DNA of 60,243 nucleotides, filler included, from Squatina squatina (GCA_031763465.1; 3 parts of 3 records of this genome joined end to end with filler, not necessarily neighbours in it); one strand, 5' to 3'; positions 1 to 14,156 are shown, numbered from the whole stretch's first letter. Translations and numbers: made by a program. The notes: generated by a model not told the origin, from the letters alone.

Positions 1-859
1 CAATTAGCAACTCATAATACATAGAGCTAAAGGTTTTCTGCAACTCTAATTTTTCAGTCCAATCTATTGATGCCTGCTATATCCAAGACAGAAATATTAT
101 AGGAAGAAATACTTACTTTGATATCTAACTGATGCTCACAACTTCAAAGAGAAACATTTCTCTCCTCCTGCCCTGGAGGCAGTGATTCTTGCTTAATGCA
201 GTTTTATGGGCGGTGGAACTTCTCTGGGTATCTCACTTAAAAGACCATTCTTTACATGCAAGCCATCTTGGAGTAAGTATTGGCAGGCTACTCGAGTAAT
301 GGGGAAGGAAAAGGGGATAGACATCACAGCCGAGCCCAATCCTGGGCTGATTTGACATCCAACTTTGCAGTGGGAATCAGGAATGAAAACCCTGGCTGAT
401 CTTTTGGTTCTTCTCTGTTAGTCGGGACTCTGACTCACGTTGTACCTCTCCAACTGCTGCCTTGTCTGAGATCAGCACAGACCACAGATCATTATCACAC
501 CAGACCAGACCTGCACTTATGCATGGACCCATTAGGGGAACTACATATTTGTACTTTACGATATCATTAGTTTTTTGCCGTGCGACACCTGATGAAGGCT
601 TTAGTCTATCTGATGACAACAGCACATGGGAATGCAAAGGAAAACTTCAGCCGAGTAAGTTAACTGAAAATGATCCAGGCATTCCCAGACAAATTTGTGT
701 TTCATGGCTTTGGTATTTGGAATCCTGGCACTCACAATTGACCATTTGCACAATAGAATTTCTTGGCTTTGGACTTATGTCCTGGAGTGAACCAAAGAAT
801 AAAGGGAAAATTAAAACAAGGTATGTGGCAGGGTAGGAAGAGGGAGGCAATGCAGGAAT

Positions 860-1068
860 CCTCTGGAAGTGCGGAGCTCACTAACCGGTTTTCAGTACTG
901 AATACCGGGAAGGGCACCATGGGGAAAGGGCTGCACAGGGGACGGCACAGCGAAGTTTAGGACTGCAGTGGCTATAGGGCATTAAATAGTCAGGGTGACA
1001 GACTGCTAATGTGTGTCCCATATGGTGTGCTGTCTCCCTGGTGCCAGGGTAAAGGACATCACTGAGAG
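860..1068 (+). mobile_element. degenerate CR1/L2-type LINE ORF1 (esterase-like) fragment
   Basis: Motifs NRFSVL and CCLPGARVKDITE, separated by frameshifts and stops. Confidence 0.65.
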
Positions 1069-1168
1069 NNNNNNNNNNNNNNNNNNNNNNNNNNNNNNNN
1101 NNNNNNNNNNNNNNNNNNNNNNNNNNNNNNNNNNNNNNNNNNNNNNNNNNNNNNNNNNNNNNNNNNNN

Positions 1169-1564
1169 CAGCTTTATTTCTCGGCTGACGAAAAATGGTA
1201 GCCCTCGGCCAGATCAGGCCACCATCCACTTGCCTGGCAGGCCGACTGGTGGCCTGGTCGCCGGCATCCCTGATGGTGTAGTCTCAGGCCGCATGGCACT
1301 GTTAAGATGGCAGGTGGCCCTCCCCTTTAAAGGCGGCCTGGCAGTGCTGCTAATGTCAGCACGCAGATGTTGCGCTTCTGATGTCGCTGGTGTGGTGCTC
1401 AGGCCACGCCAGCGGCATAAGAAGGCAGCCGCCACAGTTGCATCCAGGAGCGCGCTGCGACTCGCTGGCGCCTTGGATTGGACGGGCGGGGCTGGCGCCA
1501 GTGCAAGAAATGCCAGCTCCTGCCCTGTGAGAGCCCCAATAGGGCGCGAATCATTTTCGGCCCC
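1169..1564. mobile_element. GC-rich non-autonomous DNA transposon (Harbinger-like) end
   Basis: GC-rich block ending in ATTTTCGGCCCC, the reverse complement of the GGGGCCGAAA(A/T)T terminus also seen at 43291. Confidence 0.45.
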
Positions 1565-2937
1565 AAGGTCTCTCATTCACCCCCAGGATTTTTACCGTGG
1601 GAAAATTACATTTATGTAAATGCTTGCAACATTCCAGTAAACCACCACAACTTTCTATTCGCATCCAAAAATAAAAAAGGATATATGCCAGGTTACAGTA
1701 GAATTTTATTTTGTATATTATTGAAAATCTTGGAAGAATTTTTCACTCGGATGGGGCTGACAGTAAGTTTGAAAGACTGGCTTGTAGTTTAAGCTTTTAA
1801 AATTAAATAGATATTTGGATTTCCAAAAGGTTAGCCCCCTTACACTGTGCAAACAGGCCCTGCACCTGTTTGCATCAGCCATAACCTTTTCACGGTAATT
1901 ACTGGGTAGCTGGTGGGCAATTTGCCCAAGTCTGCATCAGCATTTAGGATTTCCATGTCGGTGCGGATCATCGGTCAAGTCGGAACCTGACAGATCGCAA
2001 GTTCGGGATTTAGCGTCTGTGCTTAATCCCAAACTTGCTGTCCATTTCAAAGGCAGTGTGACGGCGTACTACGAGAGTACACCATCACACCGACTGCAAA
2101 TTCTGCCCCAATATAACCAGAAAGAAATAAAATTTCACAGAAGGCTTTACTACAAGGGAGATTGCAGCCCCTTTAAGTCTTTGTGTCCTTCCCTTCAAAT
2201 TGTTTTCAATAAAATCAAAGAACTTTCCTTTCCTTTTTAAAATACAAATACCCCTGTTCATTGTAGACTCCAAAACACTGGAAAACATACTGTGTCAAAA
2301 AGTAACATTTTCCACAGGAGGGCTTATGCTTTCAAACTAGTATCTCCCTTCAGGTTTTCTTGCACTAATGGTTTATTTTGCCCCATATGAGTGAAAGAAT
2401 ATTAGGAATATCTGCAAACCTATATCCCACTACACTTTCAGTGTAATGACTTGTTTTGCATGGCTGTACTCAGGCCATTTTTTAAGTTGTCTATATTTTT
2501 CGGGGTTGTGTCAGCTTTTTTAAAGCTGTTGGTCAGTTTTTGCTACGTTTTGTAGCTTGGTGTATATGCATGTGGCTGTCTCCATTTTTTGCAGACTAAA
2601 CATGGATCAGTTGGGGAGTTTCGCAGTCTCTGTAGTCCTTCAAAGAGCAGTAGATAGATATTTTATTGCTTGGTGACATCAATTCCATGCTGCTGGCGGA
2701 GTCTCAGTACTTTAGTTTAAATTAACTGTGCGGAGTGACCTGACATCGGAGCCTGGCGCTTTAATTGTCCGGTTGATTTATAGAGTCACTCACATTACTG
2801 TCTACATCAGGGATCAAAGATTTTCAATACAAAAGTCCAATCAAAGTCGGCATACTAATTGAAGTCTTGCAGTGAATTTCTCTGTTGCAGTGTGGAGTAA
2901 GTTAAATCTGTATTTAAACTCCAGGCACATTCCTTAA

Positions 2938-3222
<285 letters not shown>

Positions 3223-3634
3223 TAAGCAGTTAAGTATAGATTGGCTGTGTCATTTTTAATTAGGAGAAGCGAGGGAGCAGTTCTATACTGTCAACTGTAG
3301 CAGCCAAGTCTTGTCTTTTCCATTGTTGTCCCCACCTTTCCTGAAGGTGCTGACTCTTGCATGTGCTGACAACCTCTGGTACCTCATCAAAGTGGACACC
3401 CTTCACCTCTGAGCCTAAACAGTGAGTTTAACGATGGAAGGCATCGTAGTCAAGTTCATCGTGTCCTCACACAATTACCAGACGTTTTCCAGCAATTGGT
3501 TATTTTTCCTTCTCTAACCAAGGGTTCCCGAACTNNNNNNNNNNNNNNNNNNNNNNNNNNNNNNNNNNNNNNNNNNNNNNNNNNNNNNNNNNNNNNNNNN
3601 NNNNNNNNNNNNNNNNNNNNNNNNNNNNNNNNNN

Positions 3635-3807
3635 CGTTCCTTAAATGTTAGCCATTGCCTATCCACCATCATGCCTTTTAATGAAGTTCCCCAATCTATC
3701 GTAGCCAACTCGCCCCTCATACCTTCAGAGTTTCCTTTGTTTAGATTTAGGACCCTAGTTTCGGATTGAACCACCTCACTTTCCATCTTAATGAAGAATT
3801 CTATCAT
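3635..3807 (-). mobile_element. CR1 LINE ORF2 fragment (between endonuclease and RT)
   Basis: MIEFFIKME...LNLNKGNSEGMRGELATIDW...QWLTFKE is typical of fish/shark CR1 ORF2. Confidence 0.75.
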
Positions 3808-4241
3808 GCTAGAACTTTAAGAAATGTTATTTTAACCATTTAACATAGGAACTTTGTTGCAAACACAGTATTACAGAAGGTGATCTGATTTTGAGGGACG
3901 GATGTAGTTACAGAGTATCTGAAAATGGGGAGTGGCTGGGCTGCTCGAGAGCGCTGGAGAGTACATAAAGCTTTGTTTGCTCGAGTTGTGAGCTATTGTC
4001 TCCTAACTCCATCATTGCTAAGCAACCAGCCTTCATCAGTGTGCCATTTGTATTGCCACTCAGATAACTAGCAACCTTTAGACAGTCAGGAATGAAATCA
4101 TTATTGTGCCACCAACAGCAGATTCAGAAAGACTGACTCTTAACCTTTGAACTGTTTGGAATCTCAAATGATAACAATCTTTTCCAGCCCCTCCTCATCC
4201 CGATATACTCCTACATGTTAAAATGTGCCTCTTTCTTTCAG

Positions 4242-4375
4242 AAGAGTTTGGTGAGCCGACGATACAGAACGAAGTGGCTACAAATACCTTCGGACACAAA
4301 CCAACTCTCAACAGAGAGGCCGTTCCCGACAGCTGTCCTAGAAAGGGGGAGAAGCGGATGGAACTTGTATTGATG
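4242..4375 (+). CDS. NHSL2: NHSL2 next internal exon (not in ORF track)
   Basis: Acceptor ctttctttcag and donor gtaaga; 134 nt, phase-compatible with the previous exon. Gives EEFGEPTIQNEVATNTF...KRMELVLM, like NHSL2 EEYEE...RRLEFILM. Confidence 0.85.
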
Positions 4376-4838
4376 GTAAGAAATCCTTAATGTACTAAGT
4401 GGTGTGTTACTCAGTGTATAAAATGCAGCACCCCTTATTGAGGAGTGTGTCCGATACAAAATAACTCAAAGCTGTAAGAGTTTTACATCTGATGATGCTG
4501 ATGGAGCAACTTTATCTCTGTTTCGCTCTGACCGAGCTAGGGGAAGAAAATCAGGCTGACTATTATCTAATGACTCCTGCTAGAAAGTGTGCGTGTGTGT
4601 GGATGTTTGTGAGGACAGGATGGTGTTGGGTTCTGATGTTTCCTACAAACAAATAGTCTGCTGACAATCACAGTTTGGGCTGCATGACTAATGTCACTTT
4701 GATGGGTTACAAAAGGTTCCCTGTGCTTGTGGAACCACACCCAGCGAAATACCAAATTCAACTTAGGGGAGAGGAGAAAAACATTGAGAAGAGAGGGATC
4801 TTCACAGAAGGTAAAGAGAAAGGTGTCAGAGTGTTTCT

Positions 4839-5143
4839 CTCAGTGTATATGATGGGTGATTGTCTCACTGTATATGAGGGGTGCATGACTCAATGTATAT
4901 GATGGGTGCTAGACTCAGTGTGTATGATGTATGCTAGTCTCAGTGTATATGATGGGTAATTGTCTCAGTGTATATGATGTGTGTTTATCTCAGTGTATAT
5001 GATGGGCGCTTCTCTCAGTGTATAATATTGGTGCTAGCCTCAGTGTATATGATGGGTACTAATCTCGGTGTATATGATTGGTGATTGTCTCAGTGTATAT
5101 GATGGGTACTAATCTCGGCGTATATGATAGATGATTGTCTCAG
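4839..5143. repeat. 25-bp minisatellite, ~12 copies (CTCAGTGTATATGATGGGTGATTGT)
   Basis: CTCAG-like unit starts recur every 25 bp from 4839 to 5139; the array runs into a gap. Confidence 0.9.
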
Positions 5144-5247
5144 AATANNNNNNNNNNNNNNNNNNNNNNNNNNNNNNNNNNNNNNNNNNNNNNNNNNNNN
5201 NNNNNNNNNNNNNNNNNNNNNNNNNNNNNNNNNNNNNNNNNNNNNNN

Positions 5248-7710
5248 TTTTCTTCTTCCTGGAACAATTCGAGTGGTGTAAACCCACCAAACTCTACGTC
5301 AATGGAAGCCATGCACGTTGATGGACGTGCTCCAGTGACATTCAGTCAAACGTACCGCAATGGCCAGTCTCACACACAGCATGCAACTTGTTCCTCAGCT
5401 CAAAGACAACTGTTGCTTCATGCTAATGTGTACAATCCAGGAGAACCATGTCGTTGCCCAGGTAACCACATGGAGAGTCATCATTCTTCCAGCGGAGCAT
5501 GGAATGGCAGCAATTCGATGTGTGCTCCTCATGTTTCAGATATGGCTGTATCCGTGTCACTTCAATGCTTGAAACATTCTTCACAGTGTGACTCAGGATT
5601 ATCACTAAATGCCGGCTCCCATTCAGAGTGCAACGTTGCATTATCAACATTTTTACCAAGGGAAGGCCAAACACAAAATACCAGAGGTCCTGTAATTGGC
5701 TCTTTCACATCAGCTCCAGGAGAAACAGCAGTAAGAGCTCAAAATCTTAAGGATATAAGGACTAACCATGAACGAATTATAGTTTACACAACCAATGACC
5801 CAGATGAAGAGAAAAACTTAAACCTGGAGCTCCCAAGTCAATCTAGTGCCGANNNNNNNNNNNNNNNNNNNNNNNNNNNNNNNNNNNNNNNNNNNNNNNN
5901 NNNNNNNNNNNNNNNNNNNNNNNNNNNNNNNNNNNNNNNNNNNNNNNNNNNNNNNNNNNNNNNNNNNNNNNNNNNNNNNNNNNNNNNNNNNNNNNNNNNN
6001 NNNNNNNNNNNNNNNNNNNNNNNNNNNNNNNNNNNNNNNNNNNNNNNNNNNNNNNNNNNNNNNNNNNNNNNNNNNNNNNNNNNNNNNNNNNNNNNNNNNN
6101 NNNNNNNNNNNNNNNNNNNNNNNNNNNNNNNNNNNNNNNNNNNNNNNNNNNNNNNNNNNNNNNNNNNNNNNNNNNNNNNNNNNNNNNNNNNNNNNNNNNN
6201 NNNNNNNNNNNNNNNNNNNNNNNNNNNNNNNNNNNNNNNNNNNNNNNNNNNNNNNNNNNNNNNNNNNNNNNNNNNNNNNNNNNNNNNNNNNNNNNNNNNN
6301 NNNNNNNNNNNNNNNNNNNNNNNNNNNNNNNNNNNNNNNNNNNNNNNNNNNNNNNNNNNNNNNNNNNNNNNNNNNNNNNNNNNNNNNNNNNNNNNNNNNN
6401 NNNNNNNNNNNNNNNNNNNNNNNNNNNNNNNNNNTGTGATTGAATGTGTCAAGTCTTGTGGCAGTTCCGAATCCTTGACATCTCCATCTATTTCGAGAGC
6501 TACAACTCCATCCCAGTTATCTGTGGAGGCTGAATCTAAAATGTCTTCTCCAGGGAAGCTCCCTGGTCTGATGTCACCATCCAGTGGTTATTCAAGCCAG
6601 TCAGAAACTCCGACATCTTCTTTCCCTATGTCTGTTTATCAGGGCCCTGTACCACAACCAGGTGGCAAAGCAAAGCCCAAAGTGCCAGAGCGGAAGTCGT
6701 CATTACAACCAACTTCCCCTAACGAGAAGAGCCCAAAGTCAAAGCGTGTCTTTGATTTGCCCATTACTCCACCCCCTCATTTGGATCTGTCAGGACTTAA
6801 GCTATCATTTAAAAGCAAATCCAAAGCCAGCAGACGACATTCTGATTCCTCAAATAGTAGCAAACCTAGCCAGAAACATAGCCCTAACCAACCTTCTATG
6901 CCGGTCATAACGCAGACTGTTTTAGAGTCAGTACGTCTTCGCTCAGTCAGCAGATTGGAAACTGAGGGTAATGCGGATATTTTAGACTCACCACAGGAAG
7001 CCCACACTGAATCCACTGAAACACCCCAGAAGAAAGTCCGACCACCTGTTCCTGGAAAGCCACCAATGTCAAAGAGGCCTTCGAGTATTGTGCTGAAGGT
7101 TTCTCCCACTGAGCAGACATCTCCTGTCGCTTCACAGCCTTCACCGGCTACTACGAGGAAAAGTTTTGTGACGGTCTTTAGAAAGGTTGGGGTAAAGAAA
7201 CAAGAGTCTATAGATGGCGCAGCAAGTCAAAAACCTTTGGCATCAGCAGAAACTGCATCTCCTCAACCTAATTACCTTCAAAGTAACCACATAGGTAGCA
7301 AACTAACTAGTGGAGCACCAGCCACTGCAGATGAGAGTCAAAGGAAAGGTTTTACAGAGCTAACCAGGAGTTCTACTCAATACATTGAGAAGAAGAAAAG
7401 TAAGACTCCGCCACCTGTCCCTAAGAAACCAAATGTGCTGATTGTACCAACAAATACAGCACACATACTTGTAGTCACAGAGAGATCAGAGCGCCCACTA
7501 CACAGCCCAGCTGTCACTCCGGATTCAAACAGTGCAAATGTTTCATTTACCAACGTTACNNNNNNNNNNAGGTGAATGCACCACATGATCTACACATTGG
7601 TCCAAGTATAGAGACTATACCAACTACCGACATTCATCTGGAGGAAATCAGGAATAAAGAATACAGTGATGGATTTGGGATATGCCAAGATAGAACACTG
7701 AGCACTGCAG
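5248..7710 (+). CDS. NHSL2: NHSL2 large Ser/Pro-rich exon (5' end in gap; internal gaps 5853-6434 and 7560-7569)
   Basis: Contains [60 protein letters not shown] and [10 protein letters not shown], all characteristic of NHSL2. After the 10-N gap an open frame ([10 protein letters not shown]...STA) continues to a gtatgt donor at 7711. Confidence 0.9.
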
Positions 7711-7903
7711 GTATGTAAGATGTCAGAACAGAAGCTGATTCTTTGCCAATTAAAAACCTATAGATTTCCTGCTGCTGGGTGCCATTTGTAGTGGTATGAA
7801 CTANNNNNNNNNNNNNNNNNNNNNNNNNNNNNNNNNNNNNNNNNNNNNNNNNNNNNNNNNNNNNNNNNNNNNNNNNNNNNNNNNNNNNNNNNNNNNNNNN
7901 NNN

Positions 7904-8380
7904 ACACCCAGTGCATAGCTCCTCCCAGCCCACACCCAGTGCTCTGCTCCTCCCAGCCCACACCCAGTGCTTTGCTCCTCTCAGCCCACAGCCAGTGCTG
8001 TGCTCCTCCCAGCCCACAGCCAGTGCTGTGCTCCTCCCAGCCCACATCCAGTGCTGTGCTCCTCCCAGCCCACAGCCAGTGCTGAGCTCCTGTCAGCCGA
8101 GAACCAGAACTATGCCCATCCTCACCCTGAGTCAGAGCTATGCTTGTTCTAGTGCCAAGCCAGTGCTGCACCTGTCTCAGCCCAGAGACAGAGTTATGCC
8201 CATCCATGCCCATAACCAGTGGTTCTCCATTCCAGTCTAGAACCAGAGTTGTGCTCTTCCTAGCCATGTGCTTGTCCCAGTTCACAGTCAGCATTGTCAC
8301 TGTCCCCATCCTGAGCCAGGGCTGTGTCCGTTCCAGTCTAGAACCAGAATTGTGGCCATCCCAGGCCTGAGCCAACTCTG
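7904..8380. repeat. 28-bp minisatellite (CTCCTCCCAGCCCACAGCCAGTGCTGTG), decaying distally
   Basis: About 7 near-perfect copies to ~8100, then diverged copies. Explains the spurious ORFs at 7634-8426. Confidence 0.85.
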
Positions 8381-11004
8381 CATCCAATGGCACCCCAGTT
8401 ACGACCAATACTGGCAGTAGCTCCATATTTGGGAGATTGAGGCAGGGTATTTAATATACAAGTTTCTACTGATAATTAGAAATCTTAATAGGGCCAATTA
8501 GAAAGGTTCACAGAGTTTTTCTTATCAAAATCTTTTTGTTCAACCACTGAGGACAAGCTGAATCCCAATATCCCATCCTCTTGAGGGCACATTAGCATAC
8601 CTCCCAGTCCCTGTGAGAGTCTCACATTTATCTCAGGGTACTCTGTGTTTGGAGGAAATACAATTGGTTAAAGAGTTAAATACCTCTGATTAGTTAAAAA
8701 TATATTGGTAATGGTAAAACTGTGTCTTCATAATTGTGTCACCATCCTGAGTGAGTTACACCTCTCCAGTCAATTGATTGAAGCTTTCTGTAAATATTCA
8801 TATTTTACCTTATTCTTGAATGTATGAGATTTCCCCNNNNNNNNNNNNNNNNNNNNNNNNNNNNNNNATCGACATTTCTTAACCAGACTGTGCCAGCGAT
8901 GTTGCATCGTGGTGGGGATAAGCAATTGAATGCACCTTGTGGTAAAAGCCATGTTCCACCATGTCAGAATGCAGTGAGCGTGTGTCCTGCAAATAGTGAG
9001 AAGTGGGCACACTTAACTCGGGAGGACTCCATCGCTTTGTGTCCATGATGTCTTGCACTTAAATATTTGAAATAAATTGTGCGCTTTAAAAGTGACTCAG
9101 GAAATTGGGAATGACCTATAGTTATTTTTACATCTATTAGAAAATGCATTTCCCTCCCCCTTAGCTTCGAGTGATAAATAAATATTAATTGTATAATCTT
9201 TTGGGACAATCATTAAAAATAATTTGAAGCAAATTTTATTTCAAGATAATGTTTCTTTCTCAAATCCCTTTCCACCTCCTTAAAAGATTCCAGAAACAAG
9301 GTTTGTGCAAGTTTAAATCAGCTCTGAAACACACAGTAGCTTCAACTGAGGTGAGAAACAGTCTTGAATTTAAAAACTATATTTAATAACACTTTTAATT
9401 GTTTTTGCTCTCTTCATAAGAGTATTGTTACTGGGGTACAGTTGTACAGGTGCCAGCATCTTTCTGGTACTTTGACAAAGTAGTCATTCATCACATTTGA
9501 GCCTGGACTGTGTGTCGGCTAACTGACTGCTGGGGGCATCACAACTAAACTTGATCCTGGCCTCACACACACACACACACACTTTTCAGCAGGGGCTACT
9601 GCTTAGTGATCAGGAGCGGAATCCCTGGCTGATTCCTCCTTGTCCCAACTTAAGGAGACTAAGGTCCATTGTAACGCCTCACCTCTAAGGTCAGCTTTGG
9701 CACACAGTGGATCAAACCTGGCAGCTTCCTGGTCAGTATGGCTCAGTACCACACCATGCCATTCATTTATCTGCTGAACCATCAGGTGAACCTTTGGTTA
9801 AAAATAAAACATTTTCTCCCTATATTCCCCTTTAGTCTCCACAAAACATGCCAGCAGGCCTGAGAGACTGGGCATGTAATGCACTCTTGGGCTCCTACTG
9901 ATTCAGTTCTATACCAGCTTCTTGGAAGCATCCACAAGAGAGCAACCCCTTGGTGACTGTCTATCTGGATTCTCTGCATTGTTCATATGGGGAATTTTGG
10001 AACTTAATGTGCCAAGTCATGAATCCAAGGCTTACAACAACTTGCTTCTCCACCAACCAGATATGTAACATAAACAAATCTTAATTTGTTTCAAGAATAG
10101 TTGGAGTGAGACATAAAACTGGAGAGAGTTTCTGTGCTGATGATTACAATTTTCAAGTATTATTCTTAAAAGTAAAACTCCTTGCTCCATTCCAATGACA
10201 CCATTGATGCCCACAGCCAATTATACCCACACTGACGAGAATTGAACTTTTAAGACGTTCTATTCTAATGGGTTGCTACNNNNNNNNNNNNNNNNNNNNN
10301 NNNNNNNNNNNNNNNNNNNNNNNNNNNNNNNNNNNNNNNNNNNNNNNNNNNNNNNNNNNNNNNNNNNNNNNNNNNNNNNAGAGAGAGGTATATAAAACAC
10401 ACACACACATTTAAATTGAGTTGAAACACATTATCACTTGCAAGAGACTCAATGACGTATATTTCTGGCTTGGATTCTCCTTCTGCCAAAATGTACCACT
10501 TCTACATGAAGATGTGTCCACCTTAACTGAATCCTTAGTTGGTACATGCAGACAGAACCAAAGTACTCTTAATTTGGCAATGCTGAACACAAATTTCCAA
10601 TCTCCCTCTGAAGATATTTGAGAGTAAAAATCTCTCACTAGTGCAGTTAGGGATATTGTTCTGAGATTGGGATTAAGGCACATTATAGAGTGGATGACTC
10701 ATGCTGTACCTGGTTTGGCAGTGCTTGATTGGATCATGTTAGAGGAATTGTTGCCCTGCATCTAATCCTTGCTATTATCAGAGCTGGGAGTTTTTAGTGC
10801 AAACCAGAGTGCCAAAAAAGTGTGTTCCTATTATATGTAAATAAATTTGAAATATAGGCCCCGTTTGATTGTAATGTATACCCATGTACACAGATACTGT
10901 ATCTTTATGCTTCTGTACATTTGTAAGCTTGGTGTACTGTAAAATATTTATTTTTTTGAGTACAAATGTTTGTCCTTATTCTGCCGTGAAAAGAATGATT
11001 TGTC

Positions 11005-11010
11005 AATAAA
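11005..11010 (+). terminator. candidate polyadenylation signal ending the NHSL2 3' UTR
   Basis: AATAAA preceded by AU-rich, TGTA-rich sequence typical of 3' UTR ends. The final NHSL2 coding exons are not visible and are probably in gaps. Confidence 0.45.
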
Positions 11011-11123
11011 ATATATCATATAANNNNNNNNNNNNNNNNNNNNNNNNNNNNNNNNNNNNNNNNNNNNNNNNNNNNNNNNNNNNNNNNNNNNNNNNNNNNN
11101 NNNNNNNNNNNNNNNNNNNNNNN

Positions 11124-11909
11124 GATAGCAGAGTCACTATTGTATATATTTAATAATTCATTAGAAAAATGTGTATTGCCAGAGGACTGGTTGATGGCTT
11201 GCGTTACACCTATATTTAAGAAGGGGGATAGAACATGTCCAGGGAACTATAGGCTAGCCAGTTTAACATTGGTAGTAGGAAAAATAATGGAATCTCTACA
11301 AAAGGAGAAAATAGAAAAATATCTAGAAACCATAAATAATAATAAATAGTCAGCATGGATTTCAAAACGGAAAGTCTTGCTCAATCAACTTTATTGAATT
11401 CTTAAAATAGTAGAGCACACAAGGAGGCCATTCAGCCCATTGCGCCAGCTCTTTCAAAGAACAATTCAGTAAGTCCCACTCCCCCGCTCTTTCCCCTTAT
11501 CCCTGTAATTGTTTCTCCTTCAAGTATTTATCCAATTTCCCTTTTGAAGGTTACTTTTAAATCTGTACCCACCACTCCATCAGGCAATGTATTCCAAAGC
11601 CTAACCACTCATTGCGTAAAAGTTTTTCCTCATGTTGCCTCTCATTCTTTTGCCAATCACCTTAAATCTGTGCCCTCTCATGATCAGCCCTTCAGCCATT
11701 GGAAACAGTTTGGGGTTTTTTGAAGAGGTAGCAGAAAGTAGACAAGGATAAAGTGGTAGATGTAATTGATCTAGATTTCCAAAAGGCTTTCGATAATAGA
11801 CTAATGAATAAGGTCAGAGCATGCAGAGCCAGGGGACAAGTAGCAGAATGGATTGCTAGCTGGCTGTAAGTCAGAAAGCAGAGAGTAGGGGTAGAGTGTA
11901 GCTAGTCAG
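11124..11909 (+). mobile_element. CR1 LINE reverse-transcriptase fragment interrupted by an antisense CR1 3' piece (~11405-11710)
   Basis: PEDWLMACVTPIFKKGDRTCPGNYR, then SQHGF...SC..NFIEF. After the insertion it resumes FFEEV...VDVI.LDFQKAFD. Contains stops. Confidence 0.85.
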
Positions 11910-13831
11910 NNNNNNNNNNNNNNNNNNNNNNNNNNNNNNNNNNNNNNNNNNNNNNNNNNNNNNNNNNNNNNNNNNNNNNNNNNNNNNNNNNNNNNNNNNN
12001 NNNNNNNNNAGCCTGCTTTCCTGTTGGTGGATTGTTTTACTAGATATTGCTGTTGTGTTCTCTCTCTCTCGATCGACAGGATATAGAGAGAATGTTTTTT
12101 GGCAAGTTGAACTGTTCTCTGGACTTCTCTAACTCCCACAGATGGAAGGGAAGCTGGTCACATTCCTAGCCTGTATAAACATTTGTGAGTAATGCAAATG
12201 GAAAGAGCAGTTTTTTAGTGGTATTTTCCCTTCAGCTCTCTCTTTCTCCATCTCCCACTATCTCTCTCACTCACATGCACAAACACGCTCATTTTGCAAC
12301 AGCAGCTCTGAGCAGCAATTGGTGTGAATGAGACCCATCAGCATTCTGGCTGTTAATTTCTTCAAAGAGAGAACGCATATTGTTTGAACTGTTGTCAGCA
12401 TCTCAGCTACGGATATCAAGGCGCTCACAGTAAGTACTGAAGCGAGACTTGTAAATGTCACGTTTTATTGTCGCATGGGGTAATGTAAAGTCTGTTTCCT
12501 TTGGAGTTAACACTACTGCTAAAACACTAATTTATGCTGCTGAATTTTGTTGATGCAGGATGGTTACCATATTTATTCCAATGTGTTACGTGAATTGCAT
12601 TTGCACCTTTCTATAGTCAAATGTAAATAAGGTAACGCTGTTCAGATAAGCTAATAATGCAACTGCTTTTAACTCTGTGGGATTTTAAGTAGTTTGATTT
12701 TGTTGGCAATAAAGTCTCTGAAATTTATAGTCCCAGTGGATGTAGTTTCCAGTACAACCGAGCTATTATTAAAATCTAGCGGAAACAGAAACAATTGTAA
12801 TACTGAAATTTTACAATCTAAAAGGCTTCACTGATTATACCTACTCTAGTTATCAGTAATCCTGACAAAACCAAGATTGCACTGTGTACAGTTCTCCCCA
12901 CCTAAACCATAATGCCATCAACCCTGGCTTCAATGGCAACACTGTAATGTGAGAAAAGTTGTACTGTGTCTCTGAGGATGACTTCAATGGCAGTGCCTAA
13001 GGTACTTTTATATTCAAGAAGTGTGATAGATGCATGGGGCTCCCTCTGTCAGCTGCATGGCCTAGCATAAATGTCCTGACATTTAAGGAATCAACAGCAT
13101 AATATACTCATGCAAATGCAGATCAGCAAATGCACATAAAGGTGAAGCAAGCCAGTTTCAGTAAAGTAAACATGATGATTTTGCACTGTTTGTAGCAATT
13201 AGGGTTCCACATTATACAGCAGAGCCCAGTGTGACAAGCAGCCAACAACACCTTGCATTTATATTGTGCCGTTAATGTAGGAAAATGCCCCAAAGCATTT
13301 TAATCTCCCGATTGAAAAGTAAAAAGAAAAGAACAGTGCTAAGNNNNNNNNNNNNNNNNNNNNNNNNNNNNNNNNNNNNNNNNNNNNNNNNNNNNNNNNN
13401 NNNNNNNNNNNNNNNNNNNNNNNNNNNNNNNNNNNNNNNNNNNCTTTTTTCATCTAGCAATCCCTACATTCCTGAGGCTACAAACGTTGTGATTACCGGT
13501 AATAAGATAGTCATAAGGTCGCAAGTCCTGGTCCATGCATTGTTGACTGATCTCAGCCCCAGTGACAACAGAGATGATGAAATTGCTCTCAACAACCCTG
13601 GGATTCAGGAGGGAGGCAAAAATATCAGCCAGGATTCCTGCTCCTGATCTCTACCCAGTAGCTCCTACTGGAAAGCACAAATCTGGCTTGGCAGATGACC
13701 AGATTGAGCTCTGCAGTGATGCCTCCATGGGGGAACAGCCAGACAATATTCACTAGGCTCTCACAGGAACAGCGGACACTCAAGCAAATTATTGAGTGGT
13801 TCTAGTGTTCAGTGAAACAATAGTATAGTAG

Positions 13832-14156
13832 TGAAACCATACCCGAGCAAGGGTCAGTCAATACATACCCCAGCAAGGGTCAGTTTAACCATAACCCAGC
13901 AAGGGTCAGTCTAACCATAACCCAGCAAGGGTCAGTCTAACCATAACCCAGCAAGGGTCAGTCAAACCATACCCCAGCAAGGGTCAGTTTAACCATACCC
14001 CAGCAAGGGTCAGTCAAACCATACCCCAGCAAGGGTCAGTCAAACCACACCCCAGCAAGGGGTCAGTGAAACCACACCCCAGCAAGGGGTCAGTGAAACC
14101 ACACCCCAGCAAGGGGTCAAGGGGTCAGTGAAACCATACCCCAAGCAAGGGGTCAG
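13832..14156. repeat. 26-27-bp tandem array (AAACCATACCCCAGCAAGGGTCAGT) derived from a dispersed repeat end
   Basis: About 12 copies, flanked by a ~130-bp direct duplication (13706-13835 and 14166-14300). Confidence 0.9.

Noticed and set aside
5838-6452. Long X-filled ORFs here and at 29779-30231, 45134-45817 and 52464-53108
   Set aside because: They are open only because N runs contain no stop codons.
7634-8426. Repetitive ORFs on both strands
   Set aside because: They are translations of the 28-bp minisatellite.
13832-14156. CRISPR-like array (also 4839-5143, 7904-8100, 32491-32827)
   Set aside because: Units are contiguous or homologous throughout with no unique spacers, there are no cas genes, and the context is vertebrate.
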